Shown here piece after piece: positions 17,501 through 27,612 of a stretch of DNA of 64,000 nt. Each line of letters opens with the position of its first letter. The first letter of the stretch is position 1. The stretch lies in IMG/VR virus record IMGVR_UViG_3300033072_000537, positions 27,573-91,572 of that record; one strand, given 5' to 3'. A program made the translations under genes and the position numbers. The stretch comes from a virus (Duplodnaviria > Caudoviricetes). The notes beneath the pieces were generated by a model. It did not search any database. It was not told the origin of the DNA and worked only from the letters and a program-made list of their open reading frames with translations.

Positions 17501-19570
17501 ATGCCGCCTGCAATCCGCTCAAAAACCCCAGACTACCGCGCAGGCCTGTCCGACATGATCGGCAGGCTGCGCGCCTGTACCGGCTTCGAGATCAAGCATA
17601 AGCCTATCGCCGACGGCGTGACCTTCCGCGCCTGGTGCGAGCAGCTCGGCAATGACGGCCTCAAGGTCGATGGCCGACCGTTCAAGCTCGACGACCGGCC
17701 GGCGATGGCCTGGATTTACGACCAGATACCCAGCACCGAGGACGAGGCCTATCGCCTGATTCTGGTCCTGATGAAGTGCGCTCAGGTCGGTTTCACCGTG
17801 ATGGAGATGCTCGCCACCATCTACCTGGGGCTGCGCTTCGGGCCGGCGACGGTCGGCATGTTCCTGCCCGACATGAACCTGGCCGGGCTGAAATCGTCCG
17901 AGCGCTTCATGCCGATTGTCCGCAGCGTGCCGACCGTGCATGCGCTCATGACACAAGAGTCGGCGGACGGCTCAGGCACGAAGAAGGGCGAGGGCAACGT
18001 CCGCACCCGGCGCATTGGCGACGCCATGTTCGTATTCTCTTGGACGTCCGGCCGGGCGACGACCGAGTCCATCCCGATGGACATCCTGTCGTTCGACGAG
18101 GTCCAGGAGATGACCATTGAGCAGATGGAGAAGACGCTCGAGCGCTTGTCGGCATCAAGCGTGCGCTTCGTGCTCATGGGTTCGACGGCCAACTGGCCGG
18201 ACGCCGACATCCACCACTGGTACAAGCGCGGCAGCCAGTGCGAGTTTCATACTGAGTGCCCGCACTGCGGTGCCAGGCGGCCGCTAGACGACTACTTCCC
18301 GGACTGCATCCGGTACATCGCCGACGATGGCATGCACCGCTATGTCTGCAAGGAGTGCGGCGGCGTCATCCGCGACACACAGCGCGGTGAATGGATCGCA
18401 CGCAACCCCGAGGCTGACCCGCCCGTCGATCCGTCGATCCCGAAGCGCGACCGCCCTCTGCGCATCCGCTCGATCCACTTCCCGCAGATGCTGTCGCCGA
18501 CTATCTCAGCCGGCGAAATCATGGACTCGTACAATCACGCCGAGGACATGAAGAACTTTTTTAACCGGAAGCTGGGGAAGCCGTACCTGGACCCCAGCCA
18601 GGTGCCGGTTACGCTCGAGCACTTGGCGCGATGCGTCGAGCTCGGCAAAGAGGCCGGCATCACCTGGAAGACCCGCGCCCGCGGCACGTTCATGGGCATC
18701 GACCAGATGGGTCAGTTCAACGTCGTGGTGATCAAGGAGCGGCTGCCTGACGGTCGCCAGGCGTGCATTCACGTCGAGATGATCTACAGCGCGGACCCGT
18801 TCGCCCGCTGCTCCGAGCTCATGGAACAGTTCGGGGTGTCCGTGGCCGTGGTGGAAATCAACCCGAACTACAACGACGCCAAACGTTTCGCCAACCGGCA
18901 CCCCGGGCGAGTCTTCATCTGCGACTCGTTCGGCACGGTGGCCGAGGGCATGATCCAGTGGGGCGACGCGCCGAAGCTCGACACGTCTGACCGCCGGACC
19001 GACGAGGAGGAGCGCGACCGCTACACGCTGCGCATGGACCAGTACAAGTGCATGCAGGTGTCCATGGCCAGGATCACGGGCACGAAAAACACCCCGCCGT
19101 CTCTACTGTTCCCGGACCCGCAGGGACTGGTGCAGGAGGTCAATGAGAAGGGCGTCAGGACCGTAAAGCCTGTCCTGCCTATCGCCTTCCATCACTTCAC
19201 GAAGACCGCCCTGGTTGCCGAGAAAGACGACGAGACGAACAAGTACCGCCGGAGCGTGAAGAAGGTCGGCATCGACCCTCACTTCTCCTATGCGAACATG
19301 CTCTGTGATGTGGCCTGGGCGCGCTCGCATGGCACGGCGACGTTCATCATCCCAGAAGGCCCGGAGATCGACGCCTTGAACAAACGAGACGAGCTGCTGC
19401 GGCAGTCGCCGGTCGAGCTGCCGAATGCCGTGGTAGAGATGCTGTCGCACCAAGCGCCGGCAGATACGTGCGGGCGCTGCTCCGGCTACGAGGCCGGCAT
19501 GTGCATGACTCACGGCTACCGAGTAAAAGAGGATGCCGTGGTCTGCGACTTCTTCGACCAGGCTTTCTAG
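17501..19570 (+). CDS. terL: Terminase large subunit (lambda gpA-like)
   Basis: KCAQVGFT Walker A variant, LSFDE Walker B, GST, CPHC…CKEC Zn ribbon, FMGID nuclease motif. Confidence 0.92.
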   Translation: MPPAIRSKTPDYRAGLSDMIGRLRACTGFEIKHKPIADGVTFRAWCEQLGNDGLKVDGRPFKLDDRPAMAWIYDQIPSTEDEAYRLILVLMKCAQVGFTVMEMLATIYLGLRFGPATVGMFLPDMNLAGLKSSERFMPIVRSVPTVHALMTQESADGSGTKKGEGNVRTRRIGDAMFVFSWTSGRATTESIPMDILSFDEVQEMTIEQMEKTLERLSASSVRFVLMGSTANWPDADIHHWYKRGSQCEFHTECPHCGARRPLDDYFPDCIRYIADDGMHRYVCKECGGVIRDTQRGEWIARNPEADPPVDPSIPKRDRPLRIRSIHFPQMLSPTISAGEIMDSYNHAEDMKNFFNRKLGKPYLDPSQVPVTLEHLARCVELGKEAGITWKTRARGTFMGIDQMGQFNVVVIKERLPDGRQACIHVEMIYSADPFARCSELMEQFGVSVAVVEINPNYNDAKRFANRHPGRVFICDSFGTVAEGMIQWGDAPKLDTSDRRTDEEERDRYTLRMDQYKCMQVSMARITGTKNTPPSLLFPDPQGLVQEVNEKGVRTVKPVLPIAFHHFTKTALVAEKDDETNKYRRSVKKVGIDPHFSYANMLCDVAWARSHGTATFIIPEGPEIDALNKRDELLRQSPVELPNAVVEMLSHQAPADTCGRCSGYEAGMCMTHGYRVKEDAVVCDFFDQAF

Positions 19571-19797
19571 CCCCTGCCACGGGCCTTGCAGAGCTCGCGC
19601 TGCGTCGGTTCCGGTATCGTCTGGCAGTTAGCCGGGTTCGCCCCCAGCTCGACGCGGCAGCGCTCGCGCAGGGAATAGTCCCGGATGGCCGTACATGCGT
19701 GCGGCTGTCCGACCTCAAGCGCACGGCAGTAGGCGCGCTGGTCTGGGTCGTGGATCATGATGCAGGAGGCTGCGGCGAGGATCAGTATCGTTTCCAC
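19567..19797 (-). CDS. Small Cys-rich hypothetical protein
   Basis: GAAGGAG RBS before GTG. Confidence 0.55.
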   Translation of the reverse strand: METILILAAASCIMIHDPDQRAYCRALEVGQPHACTAIRDYSLRERCRVELGANPANCQTIPEPTQRELCKARGRG

Positions 19798-19994
19798 TTC
19801 GGCTCCTTCAAAAACTCGGCAAGCGCGGCCCTTGCTGCCCACACCCGCTTGGCAATCATGGTCCGCGTGGAGTGCTGGATTTCTTCTGCTGACAGGTGCA
19901 GCGCGTAGCGCCTGGTGCTGCCGTCTGGCATCGGGCGCACCATGAAATAAGCGCGCCCGCCGTCTGGATAGTCAATCCGCCGGTTTTTGATCAC
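19782..19994 (-). CDS. Hypothetical protein
   Basis: GTGA overlap with upstream gene. Confidence 0.55.
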   Translation of the reverse strand: MIKNRRIDYPDGGRAYFMVRPMPDGSTRRYALHLSAEEIQHSTRTMIAKRVWAARAALAEFLKEPKWKRY

Positions 19995-20296
19995 GGCTGG
20001 CCCTCCACCTCGGCGATGGCCGCCTCGATCTTCGCCAGCGCCGCCCTGGCGTTCGCGAGGAAGCACACGGACTGCAGCACCTCCTCGGCGACGTGCAGGG
20101 CGTGGACCAGGTTGTCCCGGTGCGTGATGAGCGTGGCGACGGCCTGGGGGGCTTCCTTGGCCAGGTCGGTGCCGGAAGGTAAGCTCAGGGCGTGGCCGAC
20201 GCGTTGCAGGGCATCGGCCTGGTGGCGCAGGTTGTCGAGTTGCTTGTTCTGCATGTCGATCTGCTGGCGCAGGCCTAGTTCGATGGCGAAGGTCAT
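19991..20296 (-). CDS. Hypothetical coiled-coil protein
   Basis: Coupled ORF. Confidence 0.65.
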   Translation of the reverse strand: MTFAIELGLRQQIDMQNKQLDNLRHQADALQRVGHALSLPSGTDLAKEAPQAVATLITHRDNLVHALHVAEEVLQSVCFLANARAALAKIEAAIAEVEGQP

Positions 20297-20550
20297 CGCT
20301 GCACCCCTTGGCTCTCGACCAGTCCGCCGTCAGCAGTCCACGATTCAATCTTGCTGATGTCACCGACTAGGCCAGCATTCTCAAATTCGCCAGCAGCCAG
20401 AGCAGCAAGCGAAGCCATGCAGGACTCGCATCCGCACAGCTCGCCACCGCAAAGGCATTTCACAATGCCAAGATGGGCCTGCTCTAAGGCATCTTCGGTG
20501 GCGAACGTCAGCGCGCGCAAGCAATCTTGGCACAGGGCTTGGCGGCTCAT
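20293..20550 (-). CDS. Cys-rich hypothetical protein
   Basis: Coupled ORF. Confidence 0.6.
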   Translation of the reverse strand: MSRQALCQDCLRALTFATEDALEQAHLGIVKCLCGGELCGCESCMASLAALAAGEFENAGLVGDISKIESWTADGGLVESQGVQR

Positions 20551-21227
20551 ACTGCACCGCCTTTCACTCGGGCGATGGCGTCATCTGCCATTTGGCGAGC
20601 ATCCAGTCCGGTCATCCCGATTCGGTCAATCGCCTCCAGCAGGTCGTCGCGCTGCTTGATCAGGCCGGCGATCCTGTTCTCCATCGTGAGGACCATGCGA
20701 ACCCGGACGAACCCGGCTGCGCGCAGTTCGTCGTCGGAGAGGGTAGAGAGGTCGCTATCGCGTGGCATAAAAATAACGCCGCTCAGTCCTGTCACAGAAC
20801 GGCGCATCCAGTCGCCGATAGACTTCGCTTCTTCTTTGGAAACGCCGTCGGACTTTATCACGATCAGATCGCTGCCGGGATTTATCGACTGGACAATAGC
20901 GTTCTTGGCGCAGTCAAGTTCGGCCAGCAGCTGGTCGCGCTCAACCTGCACACGCTTGGCGGCGTCAGCGGCTTCGCGGTAGCTTTCTAGCATGTGCACC
21001 TGAGTCTCAATGGCCCTCATTTTGTCGTCGATAGCGGCCTTGTAGCCCGGGGCGTCCTCCAGCACTTCGGTGTGGACACCCTCGCACGCATTCACGCAGG
21101 CCACGATGCGGCGGGCGTGCTCTTCGGTTAGGCCATGGGCAATCTGTTCGTTCCCTTGGCTTAGATACCAACCGTCATTGTCTTCACCGTAGACTATCGG
21201 CTCCGGCGTATTCTCCTTTTCGCTCAT
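20547..21227 (-). CDS. Phage hypothetical protein (ARRIVACVNACEG family)
   Basis: GAGG RBS; common phage motif. Confidence 0.75.
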   Translation of the reverse strand: MSEKENTPEPIVYGEDNDGWYLSQGNEQIAHGLTEEHARRIVACVNACEGVHTEVLEDAPGYKAAIDDKMRAIETQVHMLESYREAADAAKRVQVERDQLLAELDCAKNAIVQSINPGSDLIVIKSDGVSKEEAKSIGDWMRRSVTGLSGVIFMPRDSDLSTLSDDELRAAGFVRVRMVLTMENRIAGLIKQRDDLLEAIDRIGMTGLDARQMADDAIARVKGGAV

Positions 21228-21234
21228 ACCCGCC

Positions 21235-21420
21235 TCACTTCGCCAGGCTGCCCATAACTGCCGCAGCGGCCCCGCAGATGATCAGGCCGAGGCCCATGGC
21301 GATCACCGGCTCATAACCCCCCATCGGCATGGCACCGAGGCCGTGGTTCTGGGCAAAGGACAGGCGTTCAAAGCCGAGGCCGACCAGGACGGCGGCGACG
21401 ATGTAGAAAATGGCTTTCAT
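21235..21420 (-). CDS. Two-TM small membrane protein
   Basis: AAGGAG RBS; two hydrophobic helices. Confidence 0.7.
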   Translation of the reverse strand: MKAIFYIVAAVLVGLGFERLSFAQNHGLGAMPMGGYEPVIAMGLGLIICGAAAAVMGSLAK

Positions 21421-21449
21421 GGAAATCTCCTTGGGTTGAATACAATCCT

Positions 21450-21478
21450 AGTATTGTTCAAATTTGGATAACTGGCAA
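21450..21478 (-). promoter_or_regulatory. sigma70-like promoter with operator driving the leftward cassette
   Basis: TTGCCA-17-AATACT on minus strand; TATCCAAATTTGAACA at 21455-21470. Confidence 0.65.
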
Positions 21479-21508
21479 GTAGATCAGTTATAGCCCGCCC
21501 TCGGCGGT

Positions 21509-21524
21509 GTCGTGACATTACCCT
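21509..21524 (+). promoter_or_regulatory. Late-type promoter (leaderless) for portal
   Basis: GTCGTGAC-AT-TACCCT, 8 nt before ATG 21533. Confidence 0.75.
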
Positions 21525-21532
21525 TCCAGGGT

Positions 21533-23359
21533 ATGACTACCGACACCGCCCGCTCCGTAGCGTTTGATCCGCGCGCCCCCGAGGACGAGCGGTACGACGC
21601 CAATCTGGAAATCCAGCAGTCAGCCACGGCTGCCGGACCTCACGCGAAGTTCGCGGAGATCATCGACTTCATTAAGTCGGACTACGCCGAGCAGGACTTC
21701 ATGAAGTCCATAAGCGACGCGAAGATCGTTCAATTCCCATCGAAGCAGGCGCAGCAGAACCGGCCAGGCATGCAGTCCGTGTTTCTGGACGACATGCAGA
21801 TTTCCTGGCAGGGCGGCTACTTTGAGAAACAGGGCTCGCTCAACTTCGCCACGCTGCGCGCGATGGCCGAGGGCACGCCCCTGATTTCGTCGATCATCAT
21901 CACCCGCATGCGCCAAGTCGCCCGCTTCTGCGCCCCGCAGGAGTCTGGCGAGGGGCCGGGTTTCGCCATCCGGCACATTGAGAAGAATCACGCCCTGTCC
22001 GACGAGGAGCAGAACAGCGTCAATCTGCTGACGAAGTTTTTCCAAAACTGCGGCTGGGAGATGAACCCACGCAAGCGCCGTAAGCTCAAGCGAGACGACT
22101 TCTCGTCGTTCATGATGAAGTCCGTCCGCGACACGCTGGTCATGGACAACGCGCCCATTGAAACCGAGCTCAAGCGCGACCGTGATCTGGGCATCGATGG
22201 CTTCTATGCGGTCGATGGCGCGTCCGTGTTCCTGGTCAATGAACTAGACTACGACGGCGACGATGAGATTTTTGCCTGTCAGGTCGTCAATGGGCAGATT
22301 CGCGCGGCCTACAGCTACGACGATCTGATCCTGGTCCCGCGCAACCCATCCTCGTCGATTCTGACCGCTGGCTACGGCACGTCCGAGCTGGAATTCCTGG
22401 TGAAGATCGTCACCGGCTTCCTGAATGCGCTTGAGATCAACCTGTCCGGGATGAGCAAAAACTCAATCCCGCGCGGCTTCATGTCCCTGATCGGCAACTA
22501 CGACGAGCGCGACCTAGCTGCCTTCAAACGCTACTGGACCTCGACCGTCCGCGGCGTGCAGAACCGGTTCAACATGCCGGTGATGGTATCTAAGGACGCC
22601 GAGAGCAAGGCCGAGTTTGTCGAGATCGGCAATCAGGTCGATGAGGTGATGTACCAGAAGTGGATGGAGCTGCTCGGCGCTATCGCGTGCGCGGTCTATT
22701 CCATCGCGCCCGAGGAGATCAACTGGACCTCCTTTACGGCTTCCAAGTCGTCGCTATCTGGCTCCGATACGTCAGAGAAGCTGGCGCAATCAATGGACAA
22801 GGGCCTGCGCCCGCTGCTGTCCTACTACCAGAACCTTTTCACCGATTACATCCTGTCGGACTTCTCCGACAAGTACGTGTTCCGCTGGACCGGCCTAGAC
22901 GAGGAGGACGAGCAGCAGCGTTTCGAGGCGCGCAAGCTGGCGCAGACATGGAATGAATTCCGGGCGGCCGAGGGCCTCGAGGCCATCGAAGGCGACCAGG
23001 GCGAGATGCCGATGAACCCGTCGTTTATCGGCCCCTGGATGCAGATCAAGGGCATTGGCCAGCAGCAGCCCGACCAGGGCCAGGGCGAAGATTTCGGAAC
23101 ACCTCCCGAGGGAGAAGATGCGCAAGACGAAGCGAACGGCGATGCTGGAGGCCAAGACCAAGGCGAGCAGGGCGGACCCGATGAAGGCGGTTCGCCTGAT
23201 GCGGCGCAGGGCCAAGCGGATGCAGGAGAGGGCGGCGAGGCTGGCGGTGACGCTTGGTCGCCGGACTTCGGAAAGCAATCAGGACTCGACTTCGGCAAGG
23301 CATTGGCTGTGGGCGAGCAGTTCGGCCTGCCTGTAATGAGCATCTGGGGGGATCAGTGA
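21533..23359 (+). CDS. Portal protein
   Basis: Position after TerL; DTLVMDNAPIE…FYAVDGAS…GYGTSELE…IAPEEI…GLRPLL…TWNEFRAAEGLE; acidic tail. Confidence 0.9.
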   Translation: MTTDTARSVAFDPRAPEDERYDANLEIQQSATAAGPHAKFAEIIDFIKSDYAEQDFMKSISDAKIVQFPSKQAQQNRPGMQSVFLDDMQISWQGGYFEKQGSLNFATLRAMAEGTPLISSIIITRMRQVARFCAPQESGEGPGFAIRHIEKNHALSDEEQNSVNLLTKFFQNCGWEMNPRKRRKLKRDDFSSFMMKSVRDTLVMDNAPIETELKRDRDLGIDGFYAVDGASVFLVNELDYDGDDEIFACQVVNGQIRAAYSYDDLILVPRNPSSSILTAGYGTSELEFLVKIVTGFLNALEINLSGMSKNSIPRGFMSLIGNYDERDLAAFKRYWTSTVRGVQNRFNMPVMVSKDAESKAEFVEIGNQVDEVMYQKWMELLGAIACAVYSIAPEEINWTSFTASKSSLSGSDTSEKLAQSMDKGLRPLLSYYQNLFTDYILSDFSDKYVFRWTGLDEEDEQQRFEARKLAQTWNEFRAAEGLEAIEGDQGEMPMNPSFIGPWMQIKGIGQQQPDQGQGEDFGTPPEGEDAQDEANGDAGGQDQGEQGGPDEGGSPDAAQGQADAGEGGEAGGDAWSPDFGKQSGLDFGKALAVGEQFGLPVMSIWGDQ

Positions 23360-25098
23360 ATCCGAAGACCCCTGCCAAGCCGCAGAGCTCCCCGTCTAAG
23401 CGTGCAGGCTCCCCAGCCAAGCAGGCCCGCAAGCCCGGCGTAGAGGTTGGCGACCACGTTTATTTCAAGCTGGGCGACCAGCACACGCACGGCAAGGTCG
23501 TATGCCACGGCGAGCACGGCTGCCACATCGACCACGATGGCGGGCGATCCCGTGTCTATTGGTCCGACGTGCTCGGCCACCGTTCCCGGTCTGCCAAGTC
23601 GGCCAAGGTCATCGACCAGGGCGACGACGGATTCCTCATGGAGGACGACAAGGGGCGTCGCCGCTTTGTTGCCGGCGAGCTGCCGGAGCAGGAGCCCGAG
23701 AGGCGCGAGGACACGCCAGGCGACCACGCTGCCATTGCTGAATCCATCAAACAGGCTACCCCTATGACCAAATCAATTCTCCCGCCTGACGGCCGGATCG
23801 TGTTTCTCAAGGGCGGCCCGGTGGCTAACCGCCCCGGCCTGACCCAGAAGAAGATCACCGACAAGGCAGGCCACCAGACAACCCGCTTGGTGCGCACAAA
23901 TGCGCAGGCACCAGCGAACGATAACGGCGGTGGCAAAGACCCGGACCCGACTGATCACCGTGGCGCTGGCGCTGGTTATGGCACCCATGACATCCAGCCG
24001 GGTGCGCGGGTCAAGTTCCTTGCCGGCGAGCACAAGGGCGAGGGCGAGGTAACGGCAATCGGCAAGCACGGCCTGACGGCGAAAGACGCGACTGGGCGCG
24101 AGCACCAGGTTCATCACCATGAGGTGACGCACTACCAGCCCGCCCCGGACCAGAAGAAGCCCGATGTCGAGAATACCGTTCTTGGCAAGCAAGACCCGAT
24201 CCCGGCGGAGTCGTTCAAGGCGTCCGACTACGCCAAGTCGCACGATCAGGCTGACGTGAATGCCGACGCGATCCTGGCGCACTTCCCGGCCGACACAAAG
24301 GACCGGATTGCGGCTGCTCAGGAGCGCCTGAAAGACATCGAAGACACGATGTCGCAATACCAAAAGGACGGCGTCTGGGACGCAAAGCGGCAGGTTCTTC
24401 ACCACCAGATCATGGCGAACCTGTTCTCTCCCGAGGCGATCAAGAAGGCGACTCCGGCCGAAGGCCAGCAGCCTACGTTCATCATCTTGGGCGGGCGAGG
24501 CGGCTCAGGTAAGAGCTCGTTTGCTGGCGCGGTCTATGACCCCGAGAAGTTCCTCGTCCTTGATGCTGACCATATCAAGGGCATGATCCCTGAGTATGAG
24601 GGCTGGAATGCCGCGCAGGTCCACAACGAGTCCGGCGAGATTTTCGACAACGCCGTGCGTATCGCTCGCACCCTCGGGCTGAACGTCTGCCTGGACAAGA
24701 CGATGAAGACCGCCAAGTCGGCGATTGCTGACGTCCAGTCCTTCAAGGACGCCGGCTATCGCACCGAGGCGCACTACATGCACCTGCCTCGCCAGGAGGC
24801 CGCCAAGCGCGCCGTGGGGCGCTTCCTTGGTGGCGGCGAGAAGGGGCGCTACGTGCCGGTCGACGTCGTGCTGTCGAACACCACGAACGAGGACGCATTC
24901 GACCAGGTCAAGGGCATGGTTGATGCTTGGTCGTTCCGTGACAACAACGTACCCAAGGGCTCGAAGCCGATCCTGATTTCGCAGTCTGGCGGGGAGAAGA
25001 AGCCGGACAGCGTCGGCGACGTCAGCCAGGGCGATGCACCGGATTTGAAGAAATCCGAGGACGCAGGTAAAATGATCCTGCTTTTCAGGAGAATGTGA
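23356..25098 (+). CDS. Multidomain protein with C-terminal zeta-toxin-like P-loop kinase
   Basis: FIILGGRGGSGKS, LDADHIK, RAVGRF…GRYVP; GTGA overlap with portal. Confidence 0.8.
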   Translation: MNPKTPAKPQSSPSKRAGSPAKQARKPGVEVGDHVYFKLGDQHTHGKVVCHGEHGCHIDHDGGRSRVYWSDVLGHRSRSAKSAKVIDQGDDGFLMEDDKGRRRFVAGELPEQEPERREDTPGDHAAIAESIKQATPMTKSILPPDGRIVFLKGGPVANRPGLTQKKITDKAGHQTTRLVRTNAQAPANDNGGGKDPDPTDHRGAGAGYGTHDIQPGARVKFLAGEHKGEGEVTAIGKHGLTAKDATGREHQVHHHEVTHYQPAPDQKKPDVENTVLGKQDPIPAESFKASDYAKSHDQADVNADAILAHFPADTKDRIAAAQERLKDIEDTMSQYQKDGVWDAKRQVLHHQIMANLFSPEAIKKATPAEGQQPTFIILGGRGGSGKSSFAGAVYDPEKFLVLDADHIKGMIPEYEGWNAAQVHNESGEIFDNAVRIARTLGLNVCLDKTMKTAKSAIADVQSFKDAGYRTEAHYMHLPRQEAAKRAVGRFLGGGEKGRYVPVDVVLSNTTNEDAFDQVKGMVDAWSFRDNNVPKGSKPILISQSGGEKKPDSVGDVSQGDAPDLKKSEDAGKMILLFRRM

Positions 25099-25283
25099 TG
25101 CCGATCCCGACCCCGCAAGAACGCCCCGACCTCTACGACGATTACGATGGTCGTCCCGATGTAGCCAAGCCTGGCGAGCAGAAGTATTGGGATAGCGTGG
25201 TTCCTGACCATGTAAAGGAAATGCTGGCGCAGAAGAGCGGCCAGCAGGCGCCGACACCGAAGCCTGACCAGCAGGCAGAATAA
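25095..25283 (+). CDS. Small acidic protein coupled to the zeta-like gene
   Basis: Overlapping start, AGGAG RBS. Confidence 0.6.
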   Translation: MMPIPTPQERPDLYDDYDGRPDVAKPGEQKYWDSVVPDHVKEMLAQKSGQQAPTPKPDQQAE

Positions 25284-25309
25284 AAAACCCCGCTTCGGCG
25301 GGGTTTTTT
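25282..25309. terminator. Bidirectional terminator
   Basis: AAAAAA-CCCCGC-TTCG-GCGGGG-TTTTTT between convergent genes. Confidence 0.9.
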
Positions 25310-25484
25310 ATTTCAAGGTACGAATTTCAACAAGCGTTCCCGTGACACGGATGTTCCCGCCCTCTGGGTGCATGATCAGGATGTCTGTCGCCATCTGGTC
25401 GGCAAGGGACGGATGTACGCCCTTGCTGATCAGGCTGGCGGCCAGCTTGGCGACCCGCTCCGGGTCTGGTTTGACGGGCTTCAT
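25308..25484 (-). CDS. Hypothetical protein
   Basis: ATGA overlap. Confidence 0.5.
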   Translation of the reverse strand: MKPVKPDPERVAKLAASLISKGVHPSLADQMATDILIMHPEGGNIRVTGTLVEIRTLK

Positions 25485-25816
25485 TCGTCGATCAAGCGCC
25501 ACTCGTACCCCCGGCTGCGGGAGTAGGTCGGCGCATCGTCCCTGTTCCGGCGCTCGATGTGGCCTTCGTCTCTGAGCTTACGAAGGTGCAGCGTTGATGA
25601 CGTCGCAGCGTAGCCGAGCGCTCCCTCGATTGCGGCCTGGGTCATCCAGCCCTTCCCCTGCATCGCGCTACGGTAGGCTTTCACGGCCTTCTCGCTTTTC
25701 GACTTAGCTCCCAGGGCCAAGTTCTTGAGCCGCTGTTCGTGGATGCGAGATTCCGTGTCGGCCTGGTGAGCGCTGGAATTGGCGGCGGCTATGATTTGCG
25801 CGGCTATGTTCAGCAT
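25481..25816 (-). CDS. Putative wHTH protein
   Basis: WMTQAAIEGALG…LRKLRDEGHIERR. Confidence 0.6.
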   Translation of the reverse strand: MLNIAAQIIAAANSSAHQADTESRIHEQRLKNLALGAKSKSEKAVKAYRSAMQGKGWMTQAAIEGALGYAATSSTLHLRKLRDEGHIERRNRDDAPTYSRSRGYEWRLIDE

Positions 25817-26130
25817 TTGTGCCCACCCATTTCGTTCCAGTGGGCAGCCAAAGCCTCGACGGCGCTTTCGTCTGCGTGGAACATCACTGGAGAGCCAGTG
25901 CTCTTTTCGCCAAGACGCATGCAGTTGAAGCCCTTGCTGTCGAGGACGGTCGATCCGAAGTCGCATGTGAAAACGGAGTAGGGGCCGCCATCCGCCAGCT
26001 CGTGCTTGGCCGCCCAGGATTTCAACCAGAATGACGAGCTATCAACGGTTGCGCTGTCGGGGGTGTCATCGGGGAAAACAAATCCCATTTGGCGCAGTTT
26101 GCCGACCAATGTGCGATCTGTTTCGATCAT
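25810..26130 (-). CDS. Hypothetical protein
   Basis: GGAGG RBS, coupled. Confidence 0.6.
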   Translation of the reverse strand: MIETDRTLVGKLRQMGFVFPDDTPDSATVDSSSFWLKSWAAKHELADGGPYSVFTCDFGSTVLDSKGFNCMRLGEKSTGSPVMFHADESAVEALAAHWNEMGGHKC

Positions 26131-26492
26131 GCTGCCACCTCCTGGCGACCGGCAAGGCCGCAGTATCCGTGTGTAGGGGCGTCCGGAACGTCGATAGTCG
26201 CCTCGTATTTTTGGTATGCTGGCGGCCCGATGAGTTGAGCCACGGCACGCTCACGGATTTCAATTTCCTTGTGCATGGTCGTGCTCGGCACCCACCGCCA
26301 CATGGCGCACTCGCTGGCGATGCAGCGGCAGGAGGGCGGGACGCGACTGCGGCCGAGGGCGTCGGTGTTGCAGCCGGCGACGACGGTGTTGTTGTAGGCA
26401 GTGTCCGGTGCGTGCGGCTGGATGAGTTCGCGCCGCGCGATCCGCACCATCGGGCACCAGAGCTCGCGGGCTTGGGATTCGGTGTGGCTCAT
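26127..26492 (-). CDS. Cys-rich phage protein
   Basis: WCPM…CIASECAMWRW…GYCGLAG. Confidence 0.7.
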   Translation of the reverse strand: MSHTESQARELWCPMVRIARRELIQPHAPDTAYNNTVVAGCNTDALGRSRVPPSCRCIASECAMWRWVPSTTMHKEIEIRERAVAQLIGPPAYQKYEATIDVPDAPTHGYCGLAGRQEVAA

Positions 26493-27112
26493 GCTGCACC
26501 GCCTTCCGTGTCATCGCACTGGAAGCGCACCGGCATGGCTTCATTTCGCCCGCAGTCCGGGCAGTAGTAGACGGGCGTGCCGTCGCCCATGTGCTGCGTG
26601 ATGGTGCTGGGGTGGAGGCAGGGGGCGCTGGGGGGGCTGCCTTTTGTATTGGCGATGGCGGCGCTGATCTTCTCGATGATCATTGCGTTCCAGCACGAAC
26701 AAGGCTCAACGAAGTTTGAGATAACAAACCGGCAGTCCCACTCATGGCCGCCAAAAGACAAAACATCATCTTTCAGGTCGGCCAGAACCGCCAGCAGCTG
26801 GTCAATCTTTTGCTCTGCGGTGACGGCGCGAACGTGCATATCGGTGACCTTGCGCGCCAAGTCGCGCTTCTTCTCCTCAAGCGTTTCGACCCGCTGCCGA
26901 TTGAACGCCTCGGCCACTGCCTCGCCGTGAGCCTCAGCCTTGAGCCCGAGCAGCTCGGCCACCCGTGCCAAGGCCTTGAGGCCGTCGCGCGACATGAACT
27001 CGTGCCGGTAATTGTCCTTTCCGACCCGCTTTGAACTGACGAAAAAAATGCCTTCGCCTTCGTCGATGGTGATCCTGACACCGTTGTTCTGGTTGGTTGT
27101 ACTTCTCATCAC
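26489..27112 (-). CDS. Hypothetical protein
   Basis: AAGGAG RBS, coupled. Confidence 0.6.
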   Translation of the reverse strand: MMRSTTNQNNGVRITIDEGEGIFFVSSKRVGKDNYRHEFMSRDGLKALARVAELLGLKAEAHGEAVAEAFNRQRVETLEEKKRDLARKVTDMHVRAVTAEQKIDQLLAVLADLKDDVLSFGGHEWDCRFVISNFVEPCSCWNAMIIEKISAAIANTKGSPPSAPCLHPSTITQHMGDGTPVYYCPDCGRNEAMPVRFQCDDTEGGAA

Positions 27113-27612
27113 ATCTCCTTGTTTGAACGGGCAGAACTGCCCATGATGGCGGCGATCAGCGGGTCAATTGCCGCAACGCCACCGGTTGAAAACTTTTGTT
27201 TCGCAGTGCGATTCTGGTCGTATTTCCGGGCGTAGTCTTTCCCCGCCTTGCTCCTCTTCCATTTCTTACGAGCCCGCTTGCTGGCCTCGCCCCCCTTTTC
27301 GGTGTGGCGATAGCGCTTGCACTTCTCGGTGGCGCTCAACGGCTGCGGCTTGTCTGCGTCTGCGCCCGGCCCCAGCTTCCAGAGTTCAAAGTGAGGGCCG
27401 CCGCCAGCTCTTGCCCAGCCGGCGATATGGACCTCGCTCTTACTGTGCATGCGCTTCATTACGCGCTCGACGGTTTGGCGGGCACGGCCTGCTTTCTCTG
27501 CGATCTGGCGGGTGCTCTTTGCGTGCTTACGCGGGCCAATCAGATCAGGGAGCATGTCAGCGAGCGGCAGCGTGTAATCGCTGCCGGGCGTGGTGCGGCT
27601 TTTGTATTTCAC
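27109..27612 (-). CDS. Putative HTH DNA-binding protein
   Basis: STRQIAEKAGRARQTVERVMKRM. Confidence 0.65.
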   Translation of the reverse strand: MKYKSRTTPGSDYTLPLADMLPDLIGPRKHAKSTRQIAEKAGRARQTVERVMKRMHSKSEVHIAGWARAGGGPHFELWKLGPGADADKPQPLSATEKCKRYRHTEKGGEASKRARKKWKRSKAGKDYARKYDQNRTAKQKFSTGGVAAIDPLIAAIMGSSARSNKEM

